Below, piece by piece: positions 12,824 to 25,167 of a DNA stretch of 64,000 bases. Made by a program: the position numbers and the translations under genes. The first letter of the stretch is position 1. Each line of letters begins with the position of its first letter. Source of the stretch: Squalus acanthias (taxonomy: Eukaryota); assembly GCA_030390025.1 (NCBI GenBank), contig CM059432.1:13206001-13270000 (forward strand), written 5' to 3'. The notes under the pieces are model-generated. The model was not told where the DNA came from. It did no database searches and saw only the letters and a list, made by a program, of their open reading frames with translations.

Positions 12824-15164
12824 ATACTTGCACTCCAAAAAAAAAATAACTGGATTATTTGCCTTCAAGTTAAAATGTGGGTTTATATAGTGTCCACACA
12901 CGTGTTTTTCTGACTGCCTCTCTACTAATTTAGTGGAGGTGTTAACCTGCTAAAATAGTGAAGAATCTCTGGTGAATGCGTTAAGCATATTTACACTGTT
13001 ACACCACCACATAATTTCTAGGGCAATTGACTAACCCAGGCAGGACTTTGATGCTTGAAAGCAGGAGGCATCTGTTTTTCTTTCATATTGATCGTTAGAA
13101 TTCGTCATGTGCATTGAGTATTGAAACAGAGAACTCAATTATCTTTACAAGAGCCAGGCTAATCTGCTTAGATGCATTTTCTGGCTTTCTAACAACACAA
13201 AGAGAAAGTATGACTACCTTTCAATTCTGCTGACAACAGCAACGTCTTTATTTTTCTTTATTTGTTCTTGGGATGTGGGCAACACTAGCAAAGCAGTACT
13301 TATAGTTCATCTCGAGGTCATTAAAAGTCAACATGGTGTGCGACTGGAGCCACACGTGGGCTAGACTAGGTAGGTCCTCTTCTCTGAAGGACTTTAGTGA
13401 ACTAGGTGGATTTTGACAATAACCCATCAGCTTTCATGGTCATTTTCTGGCAATACCATGTAGATTAATTAAATTCAGTTTCACAGATTGCCATGGTGAG
13501 ATTTGAATTCATAGGCTCCGATTTTTATTAATTTTTTTCTGTTTCCTTGTGGGCCAGGAGGAGCAGTCATGCTCCTCCAGCCCTCACAATGAAACCATGG
13601 CCCGTTACCGGCCCAGACTAATTTCTACCCCATACTCTGTGAAAAATTAGTAATATTACAATCCATCTCTTAAAAGGTAAATACTTTCCTTTTTGTCTTC
13701 TTTTATTATTAAAAGTGGAATGACATGTAACTGTCGGGTGAGGACAATCAGATATGAGGCTACAGTTATGATGATGAATAAAAATATGCCGAATTCCCTA
13801 GCAACCAGAGTTGATGGTTGTTGCACTTTAATCTAATGTCTGTATCCTGAAGTGTCGAGGGAAAAGGAGACAGATTTAAGGGATATGGGAAGCACAGTGG
13901 GTTTGGCATTGTGTCCTTTCGCCTCTGTTGCCTTGGTTTGAATCTAGCTCAGACTGATGGAATGAAAGTCTCGTCTCTGCCAGCTGTATCCGCCTTAAGC
14001 GAAATGCATTTAGGTAGTCTCAACATCACTCCGAGTGTGTTTGTGTCCACAGTACAGAGCTGTCTATAATTCGACAGCAACAGGTGCTAAATAAGCAGTC
14101 TCGTTTTCACAAAAGCGTCAAGAGAAGCTGATATGGAAAACAGTATAGTGTGGAGTACTCACTTTGCACAGAATGGGATTTATGCCTGAGGCTTTAATTT
14201 CCTTTGATAATACACGGGTTGTGTGCTTTTTTAACACTGTCACAAACCCATTAAAAATAAGCTAGTTCAAATATTAATCGAAGGAAAGCACTAACCAATG
14301 CACTGCGGAAGAAATTAAATCTTGTGACCAGGGACTGCTTGGCGAAGACAGTGGGTACCAAAGGGAGAAAATGTTCAAATCCCCATCAGTGACATGCAAG
14401 TACAAACGCACACGTGATCATTTGGCTATTTTTCCCCACGAACATCAGATTAGGTGGCAAAAATGATAGTTTGGACTCCTAGTCAAGAATAATTCAGGCC
14501 AAGGTTAAATGGTGCTGGTGCCTGCTAATGTATGTAGGGACACAGTAGACGAAACTAGAACAGTGAACTGTTTTTCTAATAGAAACTGAAATCAATTATG
14601 TTGTATTGCTGATACGTGATAATGTCTCTGACGGTGCCGAGTTGACTGAGTCTGAGTTGGAGCTTCATAACTCAATATTTTCATCGCTGTAAAAAAAATC
14701 AGAAGTACACCACAGCAAAATACATTTCTGTGCCTGGAAATATTTTCAAATGACAAAGTGCAAGTTTGAATTTCATGCAAGCTTTTGAAAAAGTTAATAT
14801 ACAAGCCTTTAATTTAACCTTCTTAAATTAGTTCTTGGGCTGTGGGCAATGCTGACAAGGCCGCATTTATTGCCTGTCTGCAGTTGCCAAGACGATGTTG
14901 GTGGGCCTTCTCCTTGAACTGATACAGTCCTGATACAGTGCTGACTGTGTTCCCACATGGTTTTAGGTAGGGAATTCCAGGATTTTCACCCAACAGTGAT
15001 GAAGGAACAGGCGCATATGTTGGTGTCAGGGTGGTGTTGACTTGAACAGGAACTTGAAGGCGCTGGTGTTCCGATGATCCTGACCTTCTTGTCCTTTTTG
15101 GTCGTGAGGAGGGCGGGTGCTGTCAACGTAACTTGAGCAAACTGTCGCAGCGCATCCTAGGAAT

Positions 15165-16550
15165 CAGTGTTTCTCAAACTGGGGTCCGCGGTCCCCCGGG
15201 GGAGGGGCGGGGAGGGTGGTCCATAGAGACTTTCCAGGGGAGTCTGCGAGAAAAAAAAACCCTATCAGTGACGGGGCGGGCGCCGAGCAGCCGGGCGCTG
15301 CTGAACGGGGCAGCCGCGGCTGTGCGCTGCAGGAAGTAGAGGATTCGGAGGGAGGGAAAAGGCCTGCGGGCCAGCAGCAGCCACAATGCCACCGCCAGCA
15401 ACAGGAGTCGGAGGCGGAAAAAGCGCAGGGCCTTTTGTCACGGCAAGACTGAATATACTTACTGATATAACTGGATTCTCTCACTTTTGAAACCTTTCTT
15501 GATCAAGGAAAGGTAGCGTAGTGGTAATGTCACTGGGCTAGTAATTCAGTTAGACCTGGACTATTGATCCGGTAGATGTGAGTTCAAAATCCCACCACGG
15601 CAGCTGGGGAATTAAAATTCAGTTCATTAAATAAATATGGAATGAAAAGCTAGTATCAGTAATGGTAATCATGAAACTATCGGATTGTCGTAAAAACAGC
15701 ACTGTGGGAGTACCTTTACCACACGGACGGACTGCAGCGGTTCAAGAAGGCGGCTCACCACCACCTTCTCAAGGGCAATTAGGGATGGGCAATAAATGCT
15801 GGCCTTGCCGGCGACGCCCACATCCCATAAAAACAAATTTTTAAAAAAAGGTTACAACTGCTCTCTCACATCATAATCCTCACTTACAAGCCACAAACAG
15901 TGCACGTCTGCCCCGTAAATTCAACCATTTGTGAATGTCTTGACTCACTTGGAGAAAGTAACACAAGGATTTAAAAATGTGAAGAAGCCCTTGGAGTCTT
16001 GAATGATCATCGCTTTCAGGTAATTTGACCACAGATATGCAGTGCTGCCAGCCAAGATCAAATTTACAAGATGTAGCTTTTTTTAATATAAAAACGATAA
16101 GGAGCGGGAGCAGGGCCCGCTGTTTGGAGAGGGACCGACTGTCTGTAAACAAAGATCCCGTCCCGACTACCAGCCGGCTGCAACAGCGCCGGGATGCAGC
16201 CAAAAGGAACAGGCCCCATAAGTCGGACATTAGATCTGTCTGCCCACAGTCACAGGCTGGCCAAGGAGCAAATCTGACATAATAATCTGGGCAGCACTCG
16301 AATACACTGAATAACCAATGCATTTGTAATTTTTTTTCAAACGAATGCTTTAAAATCACTGTCATTTTATACATACATACTTGAGGGATTCCCGTTTTGT
16401 AAATGTTGCATAGCTACATTGCAATTCATTATCAAAAGATCTTGGCACAGTATCAATACAAGGGGGCAATAATAATTTAGATGGGGGGTCCGTGATTATT
16501 AATCCATTTGAAAAAGGGGTCCTTCAATCCAAAAGCTTTGAGCACCACTG
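15165..16550. mobile_element. hAT (Charlie-like) non-autonomous DNA transposon containing a SINE (~15510-15850)
   Basis: TIRs cagtgtttctcaaa ... tttgagcaccactg and an 8-bp TSD ctaggaat/ctataaat (6/8). The two flanks rejoin into a continuous LINE 3' fragment. Confidence 0.75.
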
Positions 16551-16606
16551 CTATAAATCATAGATACTGCAGTCACAGTGCACCTGTCGTGGAAGAAGTA
16601 GCTGAT

Positions 16607-16988
16607 GGCCCAGATTTTGCTGCAGGAATAACAGAGATGCCATCAGCGCTCACCGTTATTAAGGAGTAAATTGGACAGCAACTTCCGGCGTCCGCACATG
16701 CGCAGTTAAATGCGGAAATCAGGAAGTTGCTGTCCTGCTCCTCCACAAGCTACACTACCTCGCCGAGAGATTCAGCATTCAAATACATGACGGGCGTGAA
16801 GTTGCGGTATTTACCCAGTAGATACCCACTAAACTCACCAGAAAAAGTTCGGGCTTGTTCATTCAAGTCCTATTGATAAGTCTTAACAACCTCTCTGGCA
16901 CTGAAATTTAACTTTTACAAGTGTGGAATCTCATTCCTTCAAATTGTAATTATTGTTGCCGAGATTTTAAAAAAAATGTTTACATATA
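16607..16988. mobile_element. Left half of a Harbinger-type MITE (family also at 25168-26254 and 34177-34898)
   Basis: Starts with ggcccagattttgc and shares blocks (gcggaaatc.ggaagttgctgtcc; tagatacccactaaact; ctctctggcactgaaa) with the other two copies. Interrupted by the autonomous Harbinger. Confidence 0.7.
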
Positions 16989-17454
16989 GGGGGAAAAATT
17001 CAGTTGATTTGAGGGCACTAACGGGGCGCAAAGCAACTAGCGCCCGAGCGCGGCGATGTTTGTGCCGCTCGCGAAATTGACCAGACATTTTGCAGCGGCG
17101 TTAAACACTACTGCCACGATCTCCTGCGCCCGGAGATCGTGACATCATTCGAGCGTGCAACGCCCCGGTAGCGCCCCGGACCAGATATTGAGTCGCACCC
17201 TTTGCCTTTCCGCCTGCCGCTAGCAACGACAGGTAGAGGGGAACGTTTTGCAGTCGGGAAGGGGCTGGGGGAGCGCTATTTAAAGGCGGCCGCTTCCTGC
17301 CTTTGTTTGTCGGCGACATTTTTGCACCACGCATTCTGAAAGAGAGAGAGACTTCTGGAGAGATTCAACGCTGTGTGAAGGAGTTTTGGGTACTGAGCAG
17401 CACTTTGCAGGTTCATTTTGATTTGACCTTCATTGCAGCGATTTAGAAGAGACT

Positions 17455-18477
17455 ATGGGGGCTGCAGTGATTCGGGGCGTCGTCCTGCACCTGCAGAATC
17501 GGAGGCAGCAGAGAGAGAATGGCAAACATGGCCAGAGGGAGCAGGGCCAACAGGCCTCTGCACAGGAGACCTTACCCTCCCAGGGTATTCCAGGAGTAAT
17601 TCTCCTACATTCATTTGTCTAAGGAGCAGTGTTTGCGCAGGCTGAGCTTCAGCAAGGAGGTGGTCACTGAGCTCTGCCACCTGCAGCAACAAGATCTGCA
17701 ACCTCAACTGAGGACCAGAACGTCTCTGTCGGTGGCAGTGAAGGTCACAGTGGCTCTGAACTTTTATGCCACTGGCTCCTTTCAAGCTTCTACTGGGGAC
17801 ACCGCCAATATCTCCCAGTTCGCTGTCCATTGTTGTATCCGGGAGGTGACAAATGCCCTGTATAAAAGGAGACGCCGTTCCCCATGACCCGGGCCAAACC
17901 GCATGAACGCGCATGTGGCTTTGCTCGGATAGCGGGCTTCCCCATGGTGCAGGGCGCCATTGACTGCACACATGTGGCATTGCGGGCACCGCATGAAAAT
18001 GCAGAGGTATTCCGAAACCACAAGGGCTACCACTCCTTAAATGTGCAGTTGGTCTGTGACCACCGACAGCTCATACTCGCCGTCAATGCCCACTATCCTG
18101 GCAGCAGCCACGATGCTTTCATCCTGTGCCAGACTGGTGTGCCAGACCTTTTCCAGGCACCGCATCACCCAAGTGGATGGCTCCTCGGGGACAAGGGTTA
18201 TCCACTCTGCACCTGGCTGATGATACCGCTCCGTAACCCCAACACCCCTGCCGAGCTGCGGTATAATGAGAGCCATATCGCCACCAGGAACATAATTGAG
18301 CAGACAATCGGTGTGCTGAAGCAACGGTTCCGCTGTCTGGACCACTCAGGAGGAGCCCTGCAGTACTCTCCTGAGCGAGTCTCCCTGTTCATAGTTGTGT
18401 GCTGCATGCTTCACAACCTGGCAATCCTGAAGACCCAGCCAATGCTACCAGGGATTGGTGCACCACCTGAGGAGGAG

Positions 18478-18509
<32 letters not shown>

Positions 18510-18603
18510 GAATGATCAGCAGCAGCACCAAGGTGGGAGGGAGGCCCACAATGTTGCCACTGCAAGGGCTGTCCGTGAATGGCTGATGAGAAGCCGCTTC
18601 TAG
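17455..18603 (+). pseudogene. Harbinger DDE transposase (HARBI1-like), disrupted
   Basis: Motifs GAIDCTHV, YHSLNVQLVCD, PGSSHDAFIL, LLGDKGYP, RNIIEQTIGVLKQRFRCL, CCMLHN and an acidic tail. The N-terminal part has a frameshift in an (AG)n run, an in-frame TAA near 17597 and a frameshift near 17880. Confidence 0.9.
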
Positions 18604-19874
18604 GCCCCTACTCAGAAGATGGCTTCTGGCATGGAGAACAACATCATGGAAAGCAACCCGCACCCCCTATTGCCGTTCAAAGCTGGAATGATTGCAAAGG
18701 CAAAAAATGTAAATATTGAATACAACAACTTTTTTCTTTAACAAACTCTGTGTGTGTCATTTATTCAGGACAAACAATTGGAAACAAACACAACAAATCA
18801 TGAACTAACAGAACTGGTTCTCTCACAAGATGGAGATAAGCGGCAAAACAGTAAACAAATGTAATCACATGAACCTCGACCTTTACTACAAACATTCCCA
18901 CTATTTATTTAGACCTCCTACTGTTTGCCCTTCGAGGGTAATCTCCTTCCCCTGCGCACTTCCCCCCTTCCCACCCTACTGCTCCTCCGTAATGGGGCCC
19001 CAGTGGCTGCAGCAAGGCTGGTGGAAGGCTGCTGAATGTCAGATGCTGAAACTACAGATGCCCTTGAAGGATGCCCTCGACCAGCTCTGGGCCTGGCGGC
19101 CTCGGCTGCAGACTGCACCAACTCTGCATGGGCGGCAGCAGTCTGGGCTGGCTGTGTTGCAGGCGGTGGCAAGTGCAATGGAGAAGTGCCAGTGATGGGA
19201 GCAGGAATGCTGTCATCCTGAGAGAGGACAGCACCTTCCTGCTCGACTGACACACTGGCACTCCCCCGGGGCAGTACCTCAGCATCCGAAGCAATCTGCT
19301 CGAGCACAGATTGCTGGCCTGCTGCGGCACCGTGACATCCCCGGGGCAATGTGGCCCAACCAGCGACAATGGCAGCAGTTAGTGCTTGCGTTACACCAAG
19401 CTGAGACTGCTTGAGAGCAGTCTGAGACTGGATGGCACCAGCCAATGACTGAATTGCAGCACTAAGCCATTGCGTTGCGTCGGCCTGTGCTGCAGCAGAC
19501 TGCTCCACACTCCTAGCCAGTCCATCAATGCTTTCGGACACCCTTGCCATTGCACCCATGAGCTCAGTGTGCATGCTCAAGGCCTGGCTATTCATTTCCA
19601 CAATGACGCGGTCCTCCTCTGAGTCCAGTGCAGCAGGACTTGCTTGCCTACTCGCCCTCCGGGGAGCTGGCCCCCCGAGCTTCCCTACCCCCATGGCGTT
19701 GCTGCAGCCCGCTGGGTCCCGGTGCTTCGTCCTCATCAGACGCTAACCCCCTGCTCCCCTCCAGGAAAGGCGTGGTCCCAGTGCGGGCATGGACTCCCTT
19801 CGGAGACGCAGGCGCTGAGGCTCCGGCTTCCTCTTCCTCCTTGCCTGGGGCGTCGCTCCCACTGGTTGGTTGAG

Positions 19875-20826
19875 TGTAAAGTTTCCAAAATTTGCAGATC
19901 CCCCAAAAAAATCTAAAGGGAAAAAAATAAGGACTTTGGAACTTTAAAGGAACATGTCTGGACATGTACAGCACGTGGATCTACCTCTGTGAATAGCAGG
20001 CTCGAGGATTGCATTGTCTGGGAATTCAAAGCCCAGCAAACATTAACATTTGGACAATAGGCCCTGGGGAAAAGCTGCCCCACCCAAAACACAGAGCCCA
20101 TAGGAATGCTAGGCCCAGCAAGGAACCCAAAACACGAGAACAATGCAAGCTTCCATAATACAATAGCTCAACAGGACGCAAGCCATTTGATTTGGTTTAG
20201 CATAGTTGAAGGCCCATCAAAATTTAACAAGACAATGAACAGGCCTCACCTGAAAACTCACTGCATTATGAAAGCAGTTTTCATGAGGAGTTTTGTGGGG
20301 TGGGGGGGGGGGGGGCGGGGAAAGGACTATAATTGCAGCAGGACCCAAGATTTCTTTCTCTTTTGACTCGCCGACCACGCTGGAACAACGCTCCCTCTCA
20401 GCTCTGCCCAGAAGCCACATGGAAAAGGAAGACATTTGATGACCAGAATCACCATCAACTTACCTGGCTGGATTTCGTACTGTTAATACCCCTGTTTGGT
20501 GAGCATTATCCCTGATCTCCTGAAACCGAAACCTAGCTGGAAAGTGGGATTTTTGGGAGGGATAAAGGTTTTTTTCTTGTATACTGTCATTTTCCCTCGC
20601 CTGTAACCGTGTGTTCTCCAAACCTGTTTAAGTGTGAAGTGTGTTTAAGTTTGTTACCTTTTAATTTTAATAAAAGTTATAGTTCTTTCATCGGAATCTG
20701 TTGTCTACTGCATCTTTATTCACAACCCCTAAATAAGTCCAAGTTTTGAACCTGGGGCGTGGGAGCGATTCGAACCGCTCACTGAGTCAGGGGAAAGGCT
20801 GACCCCTACCACAACCACCCCCTACA
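19875..20826 (+). mobile_element. Probable solo LTR (952 bp)
   Basis: TGTA...TACA termini, AATAAA near 20669, and GAG on both sides. It splits Myb exon 3, whose frame is restored when it is removed. Confidence 0.7.
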
Positions 20827-21214
20827 GAGGGAGAGGCTGGTCAGCTGGTGGTTCACTATCTGAAAGCAGGGAGGTACAACAGTGGCTTTAGCATCAGGAC
20901 AAGGGGGCAGTAAGGGAGCAAGGACTGGAGACATTTAGTAAGTTGGTTTGAAAGTGTAAAAGGCTGGTGTTGTGAGGGGCAAGTGGAATGAGAGAGGAGA
21001 GAAAGCTGATGAACATACCATTGCTGTCCCCAAGGGGGTCGACCTCTCCAGCGGCCATGGCACCTATGACCTGGCTGGCAACGATCCTGTGCACGCTCGC
21101 CTCCAAATCGCTGAGGGTGTGTAGGTCAGCCGGTCCTCCTCCCGTGCATTGCTGCTCTCGCCTGTTATGAGAGAGCTTGGCCTGCAAGAAAAAGGACGGC
21201 GTCTGAGTGAATGT

Positions 21215-21430
21215 GCAGCCATGTGCTTGCCTGATGTGCCTCCCATAGTTGAATAGCCCTTAATGTATGCAGCCATGTGCTTGCCTGATGCACCTCCCAT
21301 AGTTGAATAGCCCTTAATGTATGCAGCCATGTGCTTGCCTGATGTGCCTCCCATAGTTGAATAGCCCTTAATGTATGCAGCCATGTGCTTGCCTGATGTG
21401 CCTCCCATAGTTGAATAGCCCTTAATGTAT
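21215..21430. repeat. 54-bp tandem repeat x4
   Basis: Unit gcagccatgtgcttgcctgatgtgcctcccatagttgaatagcccttaatgtat, four nearly identical copies, in Myb intron 1. Confidence 0.95.
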
Positions 21431-22769
21431 GTAAGGTGTGGAATGTGCGTGTGTGTTTTATGGGATGGCCATAGGTCTTGGATGATTGTTGGGAATTGGG
21501 ATTTTTAAACCCTCTGGGCACAGAGTGAAGTTGAGATGGAGGGATGTAGAGGTATTGAAAAGCAGCCACTCACCCTGATCACCCGAGTGAGGTCGTTGAA
21601 CTTCTTCCGACATTGGGTGTGGGTCCTCTGCACCAGGCACCTCGAGGAGACGTGCTGAGCCACCTCCCTCCAGACTCTTCTGTATTCACGGGGCAATGGC
21701 CTCCTGCCACTCTGTGGGTAGAGCAGTGCCCATCGCCGCTCCACAGCGTCACCAAGGCCTGGTCGCTGAAGCGCTGAGCTCTTTCCCTGGGCCTATCCAT
21801 TGGTGGTTCCAGCACAATTGATGTACAGGTCTCTCCAGGCCGAGATTCAAGGCTGCAATGAGCAGGGTGTGGCTGGACAGTAACATCGACCCTCCCCTTT
21901 AAGAACTGGCCGGCGCCAGTCTGTCTGTGTTCCATTGCTAACTGACATCACCTGAGCTTCGCCAGCGCTCTGAGTTAGCGCCTCGCTCCTCGACGTTAAG
22001 ACAGGTGTGCAGCGCCTGATTTAGCGCTCAAATCACCTCCAGGGGCGATAGAGGCCAAGTTTGCAGTCGGAGGCAATAATTAGCTAAACTTTGCGCCCGG
22101 CCGATAATAACGCCCCAAACGGGACGATACCGAATTTCTCCCCCATACTTTTTTACCCATTGCTAGGCATCCCAACATTTTGTTTGCTTTTTTTTTAACA
22201 CCCTGGGAACATTGCACTGATTCAGTGGAACCCTAAGATTTCTCTCCTGTACTGTCCCATTTAGCACATAATCTACATCAATCTTCCCTCTGCCAAATTT
22301 CATAGCCGTACATTTCTCTGTGTTAAATTTCATCTGCCATTTCTCTGCCCACTTGTCAAGATCCTTTTGAATTTGTGAGCATTGACAAACAAGCATTTAT
22401 TAACAACGCTATTAGACAAATCACTAGTTGGAATGATCTCTGCAGCAGAACCCCTGTCCCTGAGATAGTTTTAAGTGCCATTTAATGTAAAAACTGCAGC
22501 TAACAGTCTCTCTTTATGTTTGACAGAGACATCTCATGCTGACTTGAGATTTCTGTCTTCATGTTATTCTATGTAATGTAATAAAGTGCTTAAAATTCAT
22601 TGACGTATTCAGGCATCCCAAGCAACCCTCCTGAATTTAAAATGCTGTCACGTTTATGTGGTGAGTAAAAACAATTCGCAAATATAAAGCATCATGATGA
22701 TTTTAGCCGTTCTGAAATTTTGAATGCTGTGCAGTGATCCATAGCTTTCTGCCCATGCAAGAATAAACT

Positions 22770-23000
22770 CCAAGTCACACACCATCCTGACTTGGAAGTA
22801 TATCGCCATTGTTTCATCGTCGCTGGGTCAAAATCCTGGAACTCCCTCCCTAACAGCACTGTGGGAGCACCTTCACCACACGGACTGCAGCGGTTCAAGG
22901 CGGCGGCTCACCACCACCTTCTCAAGGGCAACTAGGGATGGGCAATAAATGCTGGCCTTGCCAGCGACGCCCACATCCCAGGAACGAATGAAAAAAAAAC
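22770..23000 (+). mobile_element. 3' end of the CR1-group LINE family seen at 2857-4080
   Basis: ctccaagtcacacaccatcctgac...gggatgggcaataaatgctggcc followed by an A tail. Confidence 0.85.
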
Positions 23001-25167
23001 TGACCATCTGAGACAACACTCACTGCTCACACGTTGAACTGTTATGAAATGATGTTTATTAAATGTACATTGAAACTGCTTACCTTCAGATAAAGGTAGG
23101 GTTTCTTAAGCAAAACTGCTATGTTAATAGTAATACTATACAGTATTAGTGATGAGAATAACACAGACATTGTACCCATTTAATTGACATGTACTACATG
23201 GGACCAGCCCAATCTAAAAAAAACACATATTTTAATTGAAAATACGCTGAGCATTAAAATACGCTGAGTTACACTTGACTAACAAAATACCCAAATCGGT
23301 GCCAAAGAGTCTGGTCATGAAAAACTCTGTGATTATGATTGGTGTAGATTTATATAGAAACAAATCCTTCAGTCACAATTTATATATTGATCACCAAGGC
23401 AGGAGCATAAATTTCTTTGGAACTGTAGCCAGGTTTTCCCTTATTGGCTGCCAAGATCACATGAAAAACAAATTGATTATTTTGCAGCATCTCCATAGTT
23501 ATGATTAAATTGGAAACAAAATCTAGTCGGGATGTTTTTATGCAGCAAGTCACACCAGACCACCATAACGTGTGGTTATTCAGTAATCGCTGTTAAGTTC
23601 TGTATGATAAATGGTAGCAGGGCTATTAACCTGAAGCAATTAAAGAAATCAATGGCAGCAGAGGTTCAATAATTACGAAACAAAGCAGTTCAATAATCGT
23701 GGAAGGTATTGGTCCCTGTCAGTGATCAGCATTTCACAAACCTGTAAGCCGTTCTAATTCCCGCATCATAAAGATCACGGAATGCAGAGGCGTTGGAGCT
23801 GTCGTTATTGTGCCGCGTCATGGAGAGAGATGTAGGTTTGTGCCCACGTCTTCCTGCATGACCAGTTCCCGATGTGAGCCATCTTTCACAGGAAGGTGCT
23901 GAGCAGAAGCCAGGAGCTTCTCCACAGGGAGGAGAGGAGTGAAACTTAATGTAGAGCCACCCTGTGCACTTCCTAATGGCCAACAACAGAAACCTAGCAG
24001 CATGCCACTCGCCTACCTCTTGTGCGGGATGGTGCGTGGCACAGTGCACAGAAATAAATGAGAGCAGAGACCAAAAGCATAAATGTCATACATAATACGA
24101 CAAAGTCTTTCAATTTGTATTATGTGTTCATTTGAACACTTTGCATTGGGCCGAAAATCAATTTGCCATTCCATGCGTGGTGGCATCAAAAAAAATCAAT
24201 TCAGTGACGCATTGTGACATGAAGTTTTACAGTTGAAAACTGATTATCAATCATTCAGTTAAATTGATTTCTGGTACACTTTTCTGCAAAGACCCTGGAG
24301 CTAAATCTGTGCAACACGAAGCAAATAACCTCACACAGCACAGGAAGTTTAATATATTGCCATTGTACCCCTGCTCATACAATGGAGCCAAACTCAGAAA
24401 AAGGTGGAAACCATCTTTGCTATTGGCAACTTTCAATTATTCTGCATGTTTCCATTTGAAAATATTTGAAAGAAAATGATGATAGGACAGGCACCATTTT
24501 TATACTAGCACCAAATGGTGCTGTAGGCATTGAATGCTGCACCCTACAGATTGGGAATATGTCAGGGGGCTACAGTGATACAGTATCCAACCCCTCTGTA
24601 GCAATGTGCCAGAAACAATGAATACTGCCACAGCCGGAATGGGTTTGCAAAAAAAAAAATATGGAACCTGTAATAAATTCCAATCCATGATGCCTGTAAG
24701 TAAAATGTAGGAGCTAGGAATAGAAGAATGCTTTCTATACAACATGAACAAAAGAAGAAAGAAAACAAAATGAGAGCGAATCCCACTACAGAGCCCCAAT
24801 CACTGCTTCATTTATTCTGACTTATAGATGTAAAATCTTCACAACATTGAGAAAAGATCGCATTGTCATAACGAAGCGAGTACCATCAGCCACAAAAGGA
24901 AAACCGGTAGTGACGCAAATAGAAGTTGTTACTATGAAAAAGAGAATGGGCTGCTGGAAGTGGAACTCTATGCCAAACTGATGAAAAGTCCTTTCGAATA
25001 GAGGCTGGAAGAAATCCCCCCGCAATGGATATATGGGCAGACTCTCAGCAAAAGCAGTTGGTGCTGTGTTGGTTAACTCCGTCAAAGAAAGGGGGTTGGA
25101 TAATTAGTTAGGGGCAGCATTGAAGATTATCGGGATATGTACAGATATGAGGGTGATCAAACACACT

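Larger units (their letters stand above)
18918..21800 (-). pseudogene. Harbinger Myb/SANT-like DNA-binding protein gene, 3 exons (21800-21574, 21181-21019, ~20860-18918), disrupted
   Basis: Exon 1 MDRPRERAQRFSDQAL.../..WREVAQHVS...RTHTQCRKKFNDL ends at gtgagt. Exon 2 AKLSHNRREQQCTGGG ends at gtatgt. Exon 3 is a low-complexity/coiled-coil tail. There are frameshifts near 21745 and 19690 and an LTR insertion in exon 3. Confidence 0.85.
16989..22144. mobile_element. Full-length PIF/Harbinger DNA transposon (decayed)
   Basis: TIRs ggggga(a/g)aaattc(a/g)gt, a 3-bp TSD ATA (16986-16988, 22145-22147), and two convergent genes (DDE transposase and Myb/SANT protein) as expected for this superfamily. 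Confidence 0.93.

Noticed and set aside
17884..18603. Host HARBI1 gene
   Set aside because: It lies between TIRs with a TSD, is paired with a Myb gene, and has frameshifts and a stop upstream; it is a transposon copy.
24500..25085. Hydrophobic minus-strand ORFs suggesting a membrane protein
   Set aside because: There are no convincing splice sites or recognisable family motif; T-rich composition explains the hydrophobicity.
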